A stretch of 64,000 nt of DNA, the filler included, from Sanchytrium tribonematis (Eukaryota): assembly GCA_018985235.1 (NCBI GenBank). It is 7 parts of 7 records of this genome, joined end to end, with 100 filler letters (N's around TTAATTAATTAA, not from the genome) between each part and the next. Parts side by side here need not be neighbours in the genome. Positions count along the whole stretch, not along the records: positions 1 to 9,325 come from JADGIG010000331.1; positions 9,426 to 18,747 come from JADGIG010000332.1; 5 more parts are not named here. The stretch is one strand, 5' to 3'. The notes under the pieces are model-generated. The model worked only from the letters and a program-made list of their open reading frames with translations. It was not told the DNA's origin and ran no database searches. The position numbers and the translations under genes were made by a program. Positions 1-11,625 of this stretch are shown piece after piece; the stretch's first letter is position 1; each line of letters opens with the position of its first letter.

Positions 1-1
1 T

Positions 2-1075
2 ATTGGCATTCCACCTCAGCAAGCACAATATTTGAGCAGCTTAATTAAGGTAACTTGGACAATTAAAATTCTGTTTGGGTACTTCATCGATAAGTTTAAT
101 CACAATTACAGGCTATGGTTGATTTTTAGTTCGCTGGTTGGAATATGCGGCTATTCTGCTTGCTATTATTTTGATGATGTATCTTTGATTATAACCGGAT
201 TAATTTTTGTTAATTTGTCCATGACACTTTCAGATATTGTTGTGGATGCTTGTATGGTGATTTTATACCAAAGGCTGGATTACAAACCAAATGAAGTGCA
301 GCCATTCGCTTGGGTGTCTTTATATTTTGGTGTATTTTTGGGGTATTTAGTCGGTGGATTCACTATTCAACTTTCATACTTTTATTTACTATGGATGATG
401 GCCCCAATTGCTACATTTTTAATTTCATTTTATTTGCCAAAGTATTCTCAAAAAGCTCATACTTACACCTTTAAATACAATAATATAATATTCAATCCGC
501 AAACTGCGTCCTTGATAATGTTTATACTAGCAAGTAGACTAGCACCTTCTTATTCAATTGGACTAGATCTATATCGTAAATCTGTTGGTGTGAAAATTAG
601 TAATATGTCGTTATCTAAGGCCGCTGGTGCTGCTTTAGCAATGTTTAGTTCTGCGATATTTAAGGCAACTTTTTCTAGATCTTCCACGGCAATCCAGCTT
701 GCCCTGATACAAGCAATGCAGATATTGCTCTGCATATTGGACGGTATTTCCATTGATATCCATTCTATTGGGTTACTATTGGGAATAGATAGCTTGGACC
801 AGGTTTGTACAGCAATATATATGCTGATTATTATGATACACGCCATGTCGATATGTCCGAGAGGCTATGAAGCTTTTTATTTATCAATGATTATGACAAC
901 GTATAATTTGGGAAACGAATTGTCAGAAATGCTCGGTGGTTTGGTATTCCAATACCTCCGGATCGACGAAGGGTTTATGCACTTGAGTTATGCAATAATT
1001 CTTAAGGGTGTTTGGACGGTCATGTCTTGTGTTTTTATATTTGGAATCTCTCCTTCAGACATTTTGATCAAATAA
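2..1075 (+). CDS. BT1-family folate/biopterin transporter (MFS), 5'-partial
   Basis: Frame open from window start; many hydrophobic helices; motifs WTIKILFGYFIDKF, SDIVVDACMV and ICPRGYEA..SMIMTTYNLG resemble BT1 signatures. Confidence 0.75.
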   Translation: MGIPPQQAQYLSSLIKVTWTIKILFGYFIDKFNHNYRLWLIFSSLVGICGYSACYYFDDVSLIITGLIFVNLSMTLSDIVVDACMVILYQRLDYKPNEVQPFAWVSLYFGVFLGYLVGGFTIQLSYFYLLWMMAPIATFLISFYLPKYSQKAHTYTFKYNNIIFNPQTASLIMFILASRLAPSYSIGLDLYRKSVGVKISNMSLSKAAGAALAMFSSAIFKATFSRSSTAIQLALIQAMQILLCILDGISIDIHSIGLLLGIDSLDQVCTAIYMLIIMIHAMSICPRGYEAFYLSMIMTTYNLGNELSEMLGGLVFQYLRIDEGFMHLSYAIILKGVWTVMSCVFIFGISPSDILIK

Positions 1076-1208
1076 GGATTTTATGAAGCTGGTGTTAAAT
1101 TGGTGTATAATTTCAAAAATTTGTATTTTCTTGGCTGTATTTTCGGTAATTATTGTTGTAATTGTATTAGTCGCAATAAACTCTTGAGTAATAATATTTT
1201 AATTTTTG

Positions 1209-2318
1209 ATGCTAGGAGAGCTTCAACAATATTATGCAAACGTCTTCCCTGCGCAAATGTTTTATGACTGGTTATCATATGGCTCAAAGACTTATTTTTT
1301 AAATAGAGAGTTCTCTTTCACTCTGCACAATGACGTTTATTTGAGATTTTTAAATTTTAAAGACGCTGAACAATTACGATTAGCTTTAAAAACGCAGTCA
1401 CCTATCAAAATAGATATTGGTGCTGTGTACAACGATCAGCCGAAGCACAAGAAACTGCAGAAATTGTACCCCAAAGAAAAGGAATTAGTGTTTGATTTAG
1501 ATTTATCTGACTATGATGAAATAAGAACTTGCTGTGTAGGCGCTACCTGTTGTGACGTTTGCTGGGAATATATAAGAATAGCTTTGAAAGTCATTAGTAC
1601 TGGCTTAAAGAAAGATTTTGGACTCTCAAAATTGCTATTTGTGTATAGTGGAAGGAGAGGGGTTCACATTTGGGTTTGCGACAGAAGAGCAAGGCAGTTA
1701 TCTGATGCGGTAAGATCTGCTGTTCTCAGTTACTTCTGCGTGGTGAAAGGTGGTTCTGAAATGCATAAAAAGGTTATTTTATCGAAAAATCTTCATCAGT
1801 CAGTAGAAAGATCTGCCAATATCATTAAAAAGTCTTTTTTAAAAATTTTAGCTGCTCAAAAAACGTTAGAAGAAGAGAAACAACTCGATGCAATTCTTTT
1901 GTTGCGAGAAGAAGTGGATCGGCTAAAAATTAAAAGTAAAATTGAGAATTCTATGACACTAGAAGGGAAGTGGCAAAGTCTAGTTGAAGGACTCGAACCG
2001 GTAAAAAGCATGGAAATTATGCTTCAGTATACCTATCCTAGACTAGATGTCCATGTTAGTACTAAGATGAATCATCTTTTAAAATCTCCATTTTGTGTTC
2101 ATCCGAAAACCGGAAGAGTATGTTTGCCGATCTGGGACATTGACGGATTTAACCCTACAAAATGCTTGACAATAGAGCAAGCCAATGAGGATCCTAGTCT
2201 AATGGCTAAAGAGTTGGTCCATTTCGAAGATTTTTTAAAAAATATAGCAGAGGAAAGACATGTTGGAGAAAAGCGAGTCTCAATGACTATGAAAAACGAA
2301 AATGATATGACTTTCTAG
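1209..2318 (+). CDS. PRI1: DNA primase small (catalytic) subunit
   Basis: REFSFTL, KIDIGAVY, KELVFDLDLSDYD, VYSGRRGVHIWV, YPRLD, NHLLKSPFCVHPKTGRVC. Confidence 0.97.
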   Translation: MLGELQQYYANVFPAQMFYDWLSYGSKTYFLNREFSFTLHNDVYLRFLNFKDAEQLRLALKTQSPIKIDIGAVYNDQPKHKKLQKLYPKEKELVFDLDLSDYDEIRTCCVGATCCDVCWEYIRIALKVISTGLKKDFGLSKLLFVYSGRRGVHIWVCDRRARQLSDAVRSAVLSYFCVVKGGSEMHKKVILSKNLHQSVERSANIIKKSFLKILAAQKTLEEEKQLDAILLLREEVDRLKIKSKIENSMTLEGKWQSLVEGLEPVKSMEIMLQYTYPRLDVHVSTKMNHLLKSPFCVHPKTGRVCLPIWDIDGFNPTKCLTIEQANEDPSLMAKELVHFEDFLKNIAEERHVGEKRVSMTMKNENDMTF

Positions 2319-2339
2319 TAAATGTATATGACATGATAT

Positions 2340-3305
2340 TTATTTATTGAGCTTGTCAATAAAATATTTAGCATGGTGAGAGGGAAATTGGTAAAAATCC
2401 ACCCAAATAAAATTAGCATTTGTTCTAACTTTTAATTTGTAATAATCATGTCTCATTTTAAGGTTTTGAAAAGAATTAGCAATAGACGCGTGATAGGGCT
2501 TTCCAGCAATAAGTGGCGTTACAAAATGTTGCAAAATCCACATCTTGCCTTTAATTTCTGTGCGATTTATATAAAGAGAATTGGTTGTATCCAAAAGATT
2601 TAAAATATTTCTATAATCAAAACTTGTAGACCAAAGATATTGCTTTTCTAAGTTGAATGGGTATTTATCAATTGAGTCTCCATCTTCATCCGTTTCTTGA
2701 GTGGAAAATACTACCAATCGCCGATTAGATGAGATTAATGTATTAAGTGAAGGCCATTTTCTGTGTGGTGAATGCTTGTACATATATTTGGCAACACCGC
2801 TTTCCAAAAATGGCACATACAACTGCCTCAATGGGACATAATCTTCTAGAAATAAAGTAAAGATTTCTCTCGGATAAAAATCAAGTAGTCGTACCAGTCT
2901 TAACAGAGCATTTCTCAAGGTTGTTGTCGCCGGATCAAGAAAACAAGGTCTGACAGAATTGAGAAATGTAGTGCATATATTTTTCGCAATATTTTGCTTC
3001 TTTTTGCAAACTTTGTCCCATACAGCAACTTTTTTACCTTTGGAAATTCCATGGCAAACATAAGTGACATTTTTCATCATATGTACTGGGGCTTTTGTGG
3101 CCCTCACCCCATCTAAAAATTGTCGCTCAATGGGGACGTTCTGATTATTAATATTGCTGTATAAAATCGGAAACAAATTTCTGCTTGGCTGGTTTGAGAA
3201 GCCATTGTGAGTAGTCAAAAAGGAGATTTCGTCATAAGATTTTGCGCAGTATTCTCTTTTCCCATTGCACATGACGCAAAATAATGTGTAGAAGTAGAGA
3301 AACAT
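2340..3305 (-). CDS. Secreted PI-PLC-X/PLC-like phosphodiesterase
   Basis: Short hydrophobic N-terminus from ATG 3305; YDEISFLTTHN, NQN..I..Q..DGVR, EIFTLFLED, WPSL..LI..NRRLVVF, NFIWVDFY. Confidence 0.8.
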   Translation of the reverse strand: MFLYFYTLFCVMCNGKREYCAKSYDEISFLTTHNGFSNQPSRNLFPILYSNINNQNVPIERQFLDGVRATKAPVHMMKNVTYVCHGISKGKKVAVWDKVCKKKQNIAKNICTTFLNSVRPCFLDPATTTLRNALLRLVRLLDFYPREIFTLFLEDYVPLRQLYVPFLESGVAKYMYKHSPHRKWPSLNTLISSNRRLVVFSTQETDEDGDSIDKYPFNLEKQYLWSTSFDYRNILNLLDTTNSLYINRTEIKGKMWILQHFVTPLIAGKPYHASIANSFQNLKMRHDYYKLKVRTNANFIWVDFYQFPSHHAKYFIDKLNK

Positions 3306-3340
3306 TTTTAGCCACAATGAAATATTGTATTAGTGTATTT

Positions 3341-4225
3341 TTAGTTTTGCAATGGCAAATTTCCAATGACGTAATTTTTTTGCCTCAGTAGCTTAGAAAA
3401 ATGTACTTTAATTTTGCCATTTACGTTATATCCAAAGAATAAAGTAGGCGTTGTATGGGCATATAGAAATTCATGACTATCGCTTAGATTATCTTTTATC
3501 AAAATAATAACGCCTATAAACTTATTAAGATAAGAATCTAAGGAAGGGGAAGTTAAAAATTCTTTAATCAATGTGTCTAAAATTTCTACGTGATTCTCAC
3601 TCGACATTAACAGCGCAATTGCTTTTCTACAAAAGTCGCTCAAAATAATCTGTTCTCCAGAGCCAGTACTTGTAATGCCTATTGATTTGCTTTCATTTGC
3701 TTCATAATAAGCACCAACTCCATATAATGCACTACTTCCAACTCTTCCAAAGTCCTTTAATTGGATCCCACCAGAAGAGGTGCCAATACACATTTTACCT
3801 TCTATAAAGGCTATGCAGCCAACTGTGTCATTCATATCTCCATTTGGATTTCTAAGTTTAAAATTCCTGGGTATATACAATCCTCTCTTTTTCCAATACG
3901 TATCTCCACAGACCATAAGCGGGCTTATTTTGTTTTGAACAATACTGGGCAATTCAATTAAATACTTAGCAGCCTTAATAGGATTTAAGACAGTTATGTT
4001 AGTGACAGACCCAAATCGATTGTCCATGACAATTAGGGCATCACACTCACGATTGACCGAACCAGAACCACAATTGACTATTCCGCTATTCTCTAGAATT
4101 GTCACACAATTGACAACACTGCTTAATGCATTTGACTCAAATTGTAGCGCATTTTTGATAAGAACCTTGTACTTTTTGTCTTCTTTTTGAAATCCTGCGC
4201 CAAGATGGCACAATATAATTTTCAT
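3341..4225 (-). CDS. TASP1: Threonine aspartase (taspase-1-like Ntn hydrolase)
   Basis: HLGAG, LENS..VNCGSGS, ECDA, D-TVG autocleavage nucleophile, SSGGI.LK..GRVG, STGSGE. Confidence 0.85.
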   Translation of the reverse strand: MKIILCHLGAGFQKEDKKYKVLIKNALQFESNALSSVVNCVTILENSGIVNCGSGSVNRECDALIVMDNRFGSVTNITVLNPIKAAKYLIELPSIVQNKISPLMVCGDTYWKKRGLYIPRNFKLRNPNGDMNDTVGCIAFIEGKMCIGTSSGGIQLKDFGRVGSSALYGVGAYYEANESKSIGITSTGSGEQIILSDFCRKAIALLMSSENHVEILDTLIKEFLTSPSLDSYLNKFIGVIILIKDNLSDSHEFLYAHTTPTLFFGYNVNGKIKVHFSKLLRQKNYVIGNLPLQN

Positions 4226-4255
4226 TGCTCCACAGTTTGAGTTTGCGAGTATTAT

Positions 4256-7200
4256 TTATTGTGTTGATTCTGAGATAGTAGCAGAGGATTTGGCTGCAGG
4301 ATTTAGGGTATCGTCGTCGTAGATCACTAGTCTATTTTCAATGTTATTATTAATGTCTTTCTTCACAGCAGCATCTTGAGTAAATTTAGTGTTTTTCACA
4401 ATAACTTCACATTTCTTTAAAAGATCCTTTTCAGAAACACCTTCTGTCGACTCATTCATAAGAGCAGTAATCTCCACCGGTACCATAAGAAAATCGTCCT
4501 GCCATATCATCAAGGACGTGATGGTCTGAATCGCCCACAAGCTGTCTTCTCTTGCAGGCTCTTTTGATTTGGAGTACAGAATATTTGGAGCTATTACAGT
4601 TGATATGTTATTAGTGTCCATCAAGCTTCCATTGGAACCGTCTTCGCGATATGCAAATTGGGCCAGTTCTTTGAAAAATAGAAGCAAAACCTCCAATAAA
4701 TCTCTGTTTGCTTTTGGCAATAAGCAACAAGCCAAGTGAAGCACTTTCTTTTGAACTGCCAGATCTTGGATTTCTAAATAAGTTCAAACTACTTGTTACA
4801 GATACAAACAACTTGTACAATTTGTACGTCATTAATGGTTCGGGTAATTCTCTCAGAAATTTTTTCATAATTGCAGCTAGTTGAATTTCATTTTCATTTT
4901 CACAAACATCAGGATTGTCTTGCAAAGCGGGATCTTTATCTAAAATGTCGCATGTGTCTTTTACTTTTTTAATATTCCCATTCAATCTAAAAATACCTTC
5001 ACTATACAAATCTAAATTAGAAAAATATACTTTTTTTCTTTATAGCTCGTATGGACTTGTCAACAAAACACGGAACTCTTAATCTTCCCGGTCCAGCCCC
5101 AAGATTTGAGTCTATTCCATATCTTTGCGTCAAAAGTTCCAAAGAAGATCCAAAAAGCTGATCTCTTCCTTTGGGCTTTTTAACGGTCTTTACCAATTTG
5201 ACTAAAAGAGCTTCCTTTCTACTTCCAATTGCTTCTAACAATTCTTGGCGGCTGACGTGTTCCTCGACGTATGGTGATATAATCAAAACTGCAAAATGCT
5301 GTATTATAATGTGCTCGAGCGAACTAAGTTCCGACATGTATCTTTGAGGTACATTTTCGTATTGAAATGCCAATGTATTATCAGTAACGCTTACTCTTTG
5401 AGGTGCTTTAGAGAGACCCAGTCCGCGATTTTTAGTATCATCTTTTGCCTTGCTTCCGTTTCCAATTGATCCTTTTCTTACTAATAAAACAGGCTCATCA
5501 TCTTCCTCAACACCAGTGGGATTGTTCACAGGAGCTATTTGTGCAGCAGGATCATTAAGTTTGTCTCGAGATGCCATATCACTAATTTTATCTTTAGAAG
5601 GACTTATTGAAAGTTTCTTTTTGCTTGGACTCTTCTTTAAAATACCACTCAAATTATTGCTGATACTTGGTGATCTTGGTCGATTAGCCAAGTCTGGATT
5701 ATCTTCCTCAGCAGCTAATTCGTCCTGTGTCTTTGATCTTTTGAACATTTTCTGAGAAACTCTTCTCGCAAGTCCCTTTTCGGCTTTTTGTTCGTCTTCT
5801 ACTTCCCCTTCTTTTTCTGCTGCTTGCTGCTCTTTTCCCTGAAGCAACTGATGCAACCGTCGCAGTGCAACTCTTAACAAAAATACATATTGACCCAACT
5901 TTGTAATTTTTGTATATCCAAATGATTTAACATCATCAAAATTCGAATTTCTGTTCTGACCCTTCCATGTAGATTCTATAATTTCTCTTGATTTCTTATC
6001 TAAAGGGAAACACTTTGAGTGCCAACGAAATCCAATCAAATTATCAACAATTGAATCGTCATCAATGGTTTGTCGACATAGAGTACAGAGATCTGCATGT
6101 AAATCATTGTGTAATCTATCCATAGGAAGTGGTTCCTTTTTTAAAAGACTCATGGTGGTTTGTGGTAATGGTGCAACGTATGAGGGTAAATTTGATTGAA
6201 GTGGTATCTCAGTCACTAAAGAATTCCATATATCTGCCAATTCCATAACGGCTGCTGTGCCTTTGTGTTCAAGCATCAAAGTCATCACCACACAAGTGCG
6301 AATCAAAACTTTAAGATATTGAGCCATGCTTGTCACCAAACTTAACAATTCTTGAGTAGCACCAATCTTCTTGATCATATCTTGTTGAGTATGGCTCAAT
6401 AAAGTAAAAAAGTGTATCATCTTTTTTGCCAAAAATTTACATTCCTTTTGTTCATCAAAGGCAGTTTTTTGCTTATTAAATTTATCAAGACATTCAAACA
6501 AAACTTCGACATGATTCACGAATAATGCAGCTTGTTCTAGTCCCGCAGAGTAATTATTTGCTGTAAAATTTTGAAGGAGTTCTCCAATAGTATTTGTTAA
6601 TGATTCTTCAAAAGCTGTCAATGTGTGCCATAATAAAGATATTGTTTCTTGCACTTTCAAGTACATCTGAAGGACTTGTTGCTTTGGCAATGCAGAATTG
6701 CTTAAATATCCTAAATATGCTGGTAAATCTTCTATTGGTATGCCATCTAATGAGCTATTAAGAATCAAGGGAGTTCCTGGTACTTTCGATTGCCTTGGAT
6801 AAAAAAGAACATTCCAAGTTTTGTATAACATGTAGCATTCCGGATGCCAACATTGGTTAGTAGATGTTTCTACAAATTGATTTAAAATGGGCAAAATGCA
6901 TCCAACACATTTCATAGCAAAGTATATTGAGTAGTGGTATTTGCAAACTACAGACATCCCGTTCGGATTATCTATAGTTGCTGGCTTTTGCAATGCAGTT
7001 TCCAAATCAGAATGCTTAACAGTGAAATAGCTGGCTTGTTTATCAAATGGAGCCTTACAAATCGCGCAAGTAAAGCAATGTAAGTGATATTTTTGTTGAT
7101 TAAAAGTAACATGGGAAGTTTTAATAAGCTGATTGCAGTGTGAGCAAATCAATCCTTTCTCTTTAAAATAATCTTGTTCACAGAATGGTTGTTGGTTCAT

Positions 7201-7329
7201 GTGGAAAAACCTGTCGCTGACGTTCTTCCCGCATTTAACACACGTGAAGCAGTCTATGTGAAAGGCCTGATCAAAAGCCTTGATATACTTGGAATTAATT
7301 GGAAGCCCACACTTCGAACAAACTCTCAT
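4256..7329 (-). CDS. LIM-domain RhoGAP (Lrg1/Rga-type), 3 exons (7329-5031, 5011-4793, 4773-4256), 1011 aa
   Basis: Tandem N-terminal LIM domains; GAP domain rebuilt by removing two 19-nt introns: IKKK-N-LYSEGIFRLNGN and VT-K-IQDLAVQKKVLHLACCLLPKANRD. Confidence 0.93.
4774..4792 (-). other. 19-nt spliceosomal intron (phase 1) GTAGTTTGAACTTATTTAG
   Basis: GT..AG; removal joins ORFs 4611-5009 and 4256-4744 in frame within the RhoGAP domain. Confidence 0.92.
5012..5030 (-). other. 19-nt spliceosomal intron (phase 1) GTATATTTTTCTAATTTAG
   Basis: GT..AG, contains the in-frame TAA; removal restores the EGIFR arginine-finger region. Confidence 0.93.
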
Positions 7330-7471
7330 GTTTCAGATTTGAAAATACAAGTTCAGATTTTAGTACTCGTTTTACGACCAAGGTAAATGGCTTATCTTAC
7401 CACCTTGTAAAAGCACATTTTTTGATTAGGTTCTCTTCTAAAGTGAATTTTTTGAAACGCTGGAATTGTTT

Positions 7472-9325
7472 ATGACAGAGAAAGTTAAACTGTTAACACA
7501 AATGAAAAATGGAAGAAGAAAAGGAATCTTCGATTCAAACGTAGCGCTGAGCCTTTCGGAATTGCTAAATGAATTAGTTCCGGACCATGGTCTGAATGAA
7601 AAAGAGCTTGGACTATTTAATGAATATTGTGTAGAGTGTATTGTGTCAACCAAGGAATGTGAAATTCTACTCGAATTAGTTAATTCGTATACAGAGAAGA
7701 GATTGGTGGCTACAATCGATGACTGCTTGAAAAAGAATCAACTTATAAATAAGGTCATCAATTTATTTTTGACAGTAGATAATCAAAGGAAGAAAATTCT
7801 ACTGGTTTTGTTGGAAACTGTTTTTGAGGAGCTTGCCAACATCGATCATTCTATCATCGAGCAATTATTAAAAAACCACTCTGAATTTACGACTATTTTG
7901 ATAAAGCCAAGGTTCATTCATTTTCTATTTGATTATTTCATGTCGCTCACAAAATCTGTAAATTCAAAATCCATTTCGAAAAAGTTGAATGCAAACATCG
8001 GCCAATTAAGGACTAATTGGAATAAGATTACTTCTAATTTAATTCCAACTGAATCATACGATATTAACCTACACTTTAATCCGAGTCAAATTATGATTGA
8101 TGAAAAGTTGATAAATTTCGCCTCTTTTATGCTGATGCACTCAAATCAAGTGGAGAATTGCTTTGCAAATATTGATAATCAATTGGACAGTGATGCTGAT
8201 CACAGATATACCGCCCTACTTTGGATTTTGCTAATCGTGTATCATTATTATACAATTAATAATATATCAATCAAAACAAATTTTTTAGATAATATTTTGA
8301 GCAAATCTCTGATAATCAAATTAGAAAATAGGGTTATTGATTCGGATAACTCAATTAGGATATTGGCAAGATTTTTACTTCCCTATTATTTTTGGAACAA
8401 TTTGAAATTATTCTGTTCATCCCTTTTAAGTCATTCTGTCGAAGAAAGAGTCATTTCAATCATTTACATTAAGCAATATATAATCCAAGTCATACGCGAC
8501 AACTTAAGTGAAAATGAAAAAAAGATAGAATATTTGATTGGAAAAATTGCCACAAGACTATGTGACAAAGACTTATCTGTAAGATGTACAGCTTTTGATT
8601 GCATCTCAGAAATATATCAAGACTTTAAACTAATGAAATCCTCTGATTTTATTATCGAACATGTAATGGGTTGTTTTAAAATTGACTGCATTATATCAAA
8701 GGCAAAAGCCAATCACTTTTTAGATCAAATTGACCAAAACAACTGGAAGTCCGTTTTGAGCGTTAACGAAAACGCATGGAACTATTTTCTTGGATATCTG
8801 GACCTGAAATCTAAATGCCGCAAATTGCTGCTTTCCATAGCACCGGAATCTGAGAATCAAGATATCTCAAGGTTCTCAGCTTGTTTTGCACAATCCAAAC
8901 AGTTGTTAGAGGATAACTGGAAAAGCGTGTCTCCTTATTTACAAGATTTAGCAAGTGGAGAAAATATAAGATATAATATTGATATGCTCAACCAAATTGA
9001 CATGCTTTTGGCTTCAATTGGTCAATGTTTGACTCCAAGCTTCCCAAGATGGGTTAAATTTATTTGCCTTTCAGATACTGAGAGGGCCCAAGATTTATCT
9101 AAATTTATATTCAGTGACGAGGCTTTAGCACTAGATTCTTTCACAACTGCACATTTCAAAATGCTCAAGACTTATTTTAAAACTCATAAAGTGCTTACTC
9201 TTCCCAAGTTTGTTTTAAATGAGGATGATGCAACTACGAGATGGGCTTGCCTGATTAGTGTGCTTTCAGGAAATTCAAAAATTGATATTTCTGATTCATC
9301 TGCTTCCGCCACTTGGATCCTAAAT
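7472..9325 (+). CDS. HEAT/ARM-repeat protein, possibly divergent Pds5, 3'-partial
   Basis: Long Leu-rich helical ORF; RVIDSDNSIR and RLCDKDLSVR..A HEAT motifs; runs into linker. Confidence 0.5.
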
Positions 9326-9425
9326 NNNNNNNNNNNNNNNNNNNNNNNNNNNNNNNNNNNNNNNNNNNNTTAATTAATTAANNNNNNNNNNNNNNNNNNN
9401 NNNNNNNNNNNNNNNNNNNNNNNNN
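9326..9425. other. Artificial contig linker (44 N, TTAATTAATTAA, 44 N)
   Basis: Identical 100-nt spacer with stops in all six frames, repeated six times in the window. Confidence 0.99.
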
Positions 9426-9643
9426 TTCATGGCCATTTCGGTGATTAAGGAACCAGCTGAGATGATTTTCTCTCTTAGACCTAATTGTTCTAAAATCTTT
9501 AATCCATTGTGAGCTATATTCAAACCACTACCTATGGTCCATGGTTTGTCATTAGACTCGAAAATTTCACACTCTTTTCCAGCCTTCTTTAAAAAAAGAG
9601 CAACCGTTGCTCCGCTTATTCCACCCCCGATTATGACTATCAT
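9426..9643 (-). CDS. FAD-dependent monooxygenase, N-terminal fragment (3'-partial)
   Basis: MIVIIGGGISG Rossmann motif, IFE, GSGLNIAHNGLKILEQLG. Confidence 0.85.
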
Positions 9644-9777
9644 TGTTACAAGGGGAATTAAAATACCAACTTTGAATTTTCGAAACTCAACCATTTTTAA
9701 ATATCAAAAGTGTAAAGGAATTGAACCACTTTATTAGGTTAGCCAAAATTTAGAATTGCATTTATCGATCAATATAA

Positions 9778-10905
9778 TTATTGATAATCACGCGTTTTTC
9801 GCCGCTGGACAGTTTTTATAGTTACATTGTAATCATTTAAATGGTCAAGTGATTGTGCCACAGGACTTGGCTGCATGTCATCATAAAAATCCAGTAGGTG
9901 AGCATCTCCAAGTTCTCTAGGATGTTGCTTATTCTTTACATAAAATATAATACCTCCAAACAGATATAATAATCCGCACAAAATGCAAATCAATCCTAAA
10001 TAAGTATTTCGACCTCCAAATATATTAGTAGTTGTTAAAATGAATGTTTTCGAGCTTCCATAACTAGTCATGGATGGATAATTGTCATTAATGATAAGTC
10101 GATAATATCCTGGTTGCAATGACTGGTCCATTTGGGCCCAAAGTTTTCGGAATTTTGGAAAAGGACTAATTAATGACCATACACGGAATGAATTACTAGT
10201 TGTAATATTTGAAATATTATCTTTAGTATAATTGACGGCCCAATTGACAGGTGGAATCACATCACTTGGATCGTAGTCAGTGTTTTTAAATAAATCATCT
10301 CTGCTTTTCCAGTCTTTAAGCGTAATTTTGTTGTTTTTGTCAAGTAATAAGTTTGCACTGTCTGAAGGATCCGGCTCCGATATTCTCGGAATAGAACTGA
10401 GTCTTATAAGAGTATCGTTGAAAATTGTGTTTGCTATTCTGCCACAGGGATAGACAATTTTTGAATTTGTAACTTCATCGCATTCGGATAATTGAGAAGC
10501 ATCTTTAATCGCTTTTCCTTTAAGCTGATTAAATGATATACTTTTAGCGTAGGACCGAGCTGACTGATAAAAATTATCTAACTGGTAATATAAAAATGGA
10601 TTATTGATAGTTTCTGGGACATAAAAATCAATAATGCATTGTTTTATTCCAGCATTATATCTGGAGGTCCAGCCCAAATTGACATCTTTCAAGGGCGATG
10701 ATCCTATATAGATGTAATCAGTATCTAATGGAGTTGTGTCACAATTGGTATAATCAATTTGAATTTCTGGTAAATTCCATGACATTTTAAGCACTGCAAA
10801 TCCGACAATTAAGAATACCATCGAAATAGTTATGAATATTAATATAATTTGATATATTTTGAGTACGAGTCTTGATCCGGGAATAGTTTGAGCAAAAAAA
10901 GACAT
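9778..10905 (-). CDS. CDC50: CDC50/LEM3 family flippase beta subunit
   Basis: Two TM segments; IDYTNC, YYQLDNFYQ..R.Y..S, YPCGRIANTIFNDT, FRKLW, FGGRNTYLG, HPRELGD. Confidence 0.93.
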   Translation of the reverse strand: MSFFAQTIPGSRLVLKIYQIILIFITISMVFLIVGFAVLKMSWNLPEIQIDYTNCDTTPLDTDYIYIGSSPLKDVNLGWTSRYNAGIKQCIIDFYVPETINNPFLYYQLDNFYQSARSYAKSISFNQLKGKAIKDASQLSECDEVTNSKIVYPCGRIANTIFNDTLIRLSSIPRISEPDPSDSANLLLDKNNKITLKDWKSRDDLFKNTDYDPSDVIPPVNWAVNYTKDNISNITTSNSFRVWSLISPFPKFRKLWAQMDQSLQPGYYRLIINDNYPSMTSYGSSKTFILTTTNIFGGRNTYLGLICILCGLLYLFGGIIFYVKNKQHPRELGDAHLLDFYDDMQPSPVAQSLDHLNDYNVTIKTVQRRKTRDYQ

Positions 10906-11331
10906 AAAAACGTTTCAAAAATATTTTTATTAATTTTGCAAATGAGAAAGTGATTTGAAATAATGATTGAACTTGATTTCATCAAAATCATATCTTGATT
11001 ATCAAATCCGTTTATCACAAAAGTAAGATCAACGCAACAAAATCAATAAATTGGAATTCAAAAAAAATCTATTGCGGAAATTATAATTTTTGGTAGTAAA
11101 TTAATCTCTAAGTAATTAAAATCTTCGGCCTTTTTACCGTTCAGTCGAATCATTTGTTTAAAAATAATGGTTGCACCAAAAGTATTATTGATCCACATAT
11201 TACAATACTTGAAATCTTCACATAAGGGGATATGACTGCTTCAAAATGTGATCCAATAACAAATTTAAATGGCGCTTTTGTGTGCCTAGTGGACTATATC
11301 CCGTGCCTAAAGTTCATTAATAACAGATTCA

Positions 11332-11601
11332 ATGTCCTCCATGTTTCGACGGGCTATGCAAGTTCCTAGATGTGTCTCTTCGTTTATGACATTAAAGGAT
11401 CAAGTAGAAATGCTTTCCTTTCGAATTATGAGTGGTGAGGTGGAGTATACCCCGAAACACAGACAAGATTTGAGTTTGTGGGAAATGCAATGTTTGAGTT
11501 ATCTACAAATAAACGATTTGTATGGCGAATTGGAAATCTTTATTAAGATGATTCAAGCATATCATGCTGAAATTGATTCAATGCAAGCAAAAGCTGAATA
11601 A
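11332..11601 (+). CDS. Hypothetical protein, 89 aa
   Basis: ATG-initiated ORF; stop embedded in AATAAA as in many genes here. Confidence 0.5.
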   Translation: MSSMFRRAMQVPRCVSSFMTLKDQVEMLSFRIMSGEVEYTPKHRQDLSLWEMQCLSYLQINDLYGELEIFIKMIQAYHAEIDSMQAKAE

Positions 11602-11625
11602 ATTATTGGCAAAATTAGATATGGC

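Noticed and set aside
332..350. 19-nt GTATTTTTGGGGTATTTAG as an intron
   Set aside because: Lies in an uninterrupted frame encoding a TM helix; removal would frameshift; lacks Y11 and T12
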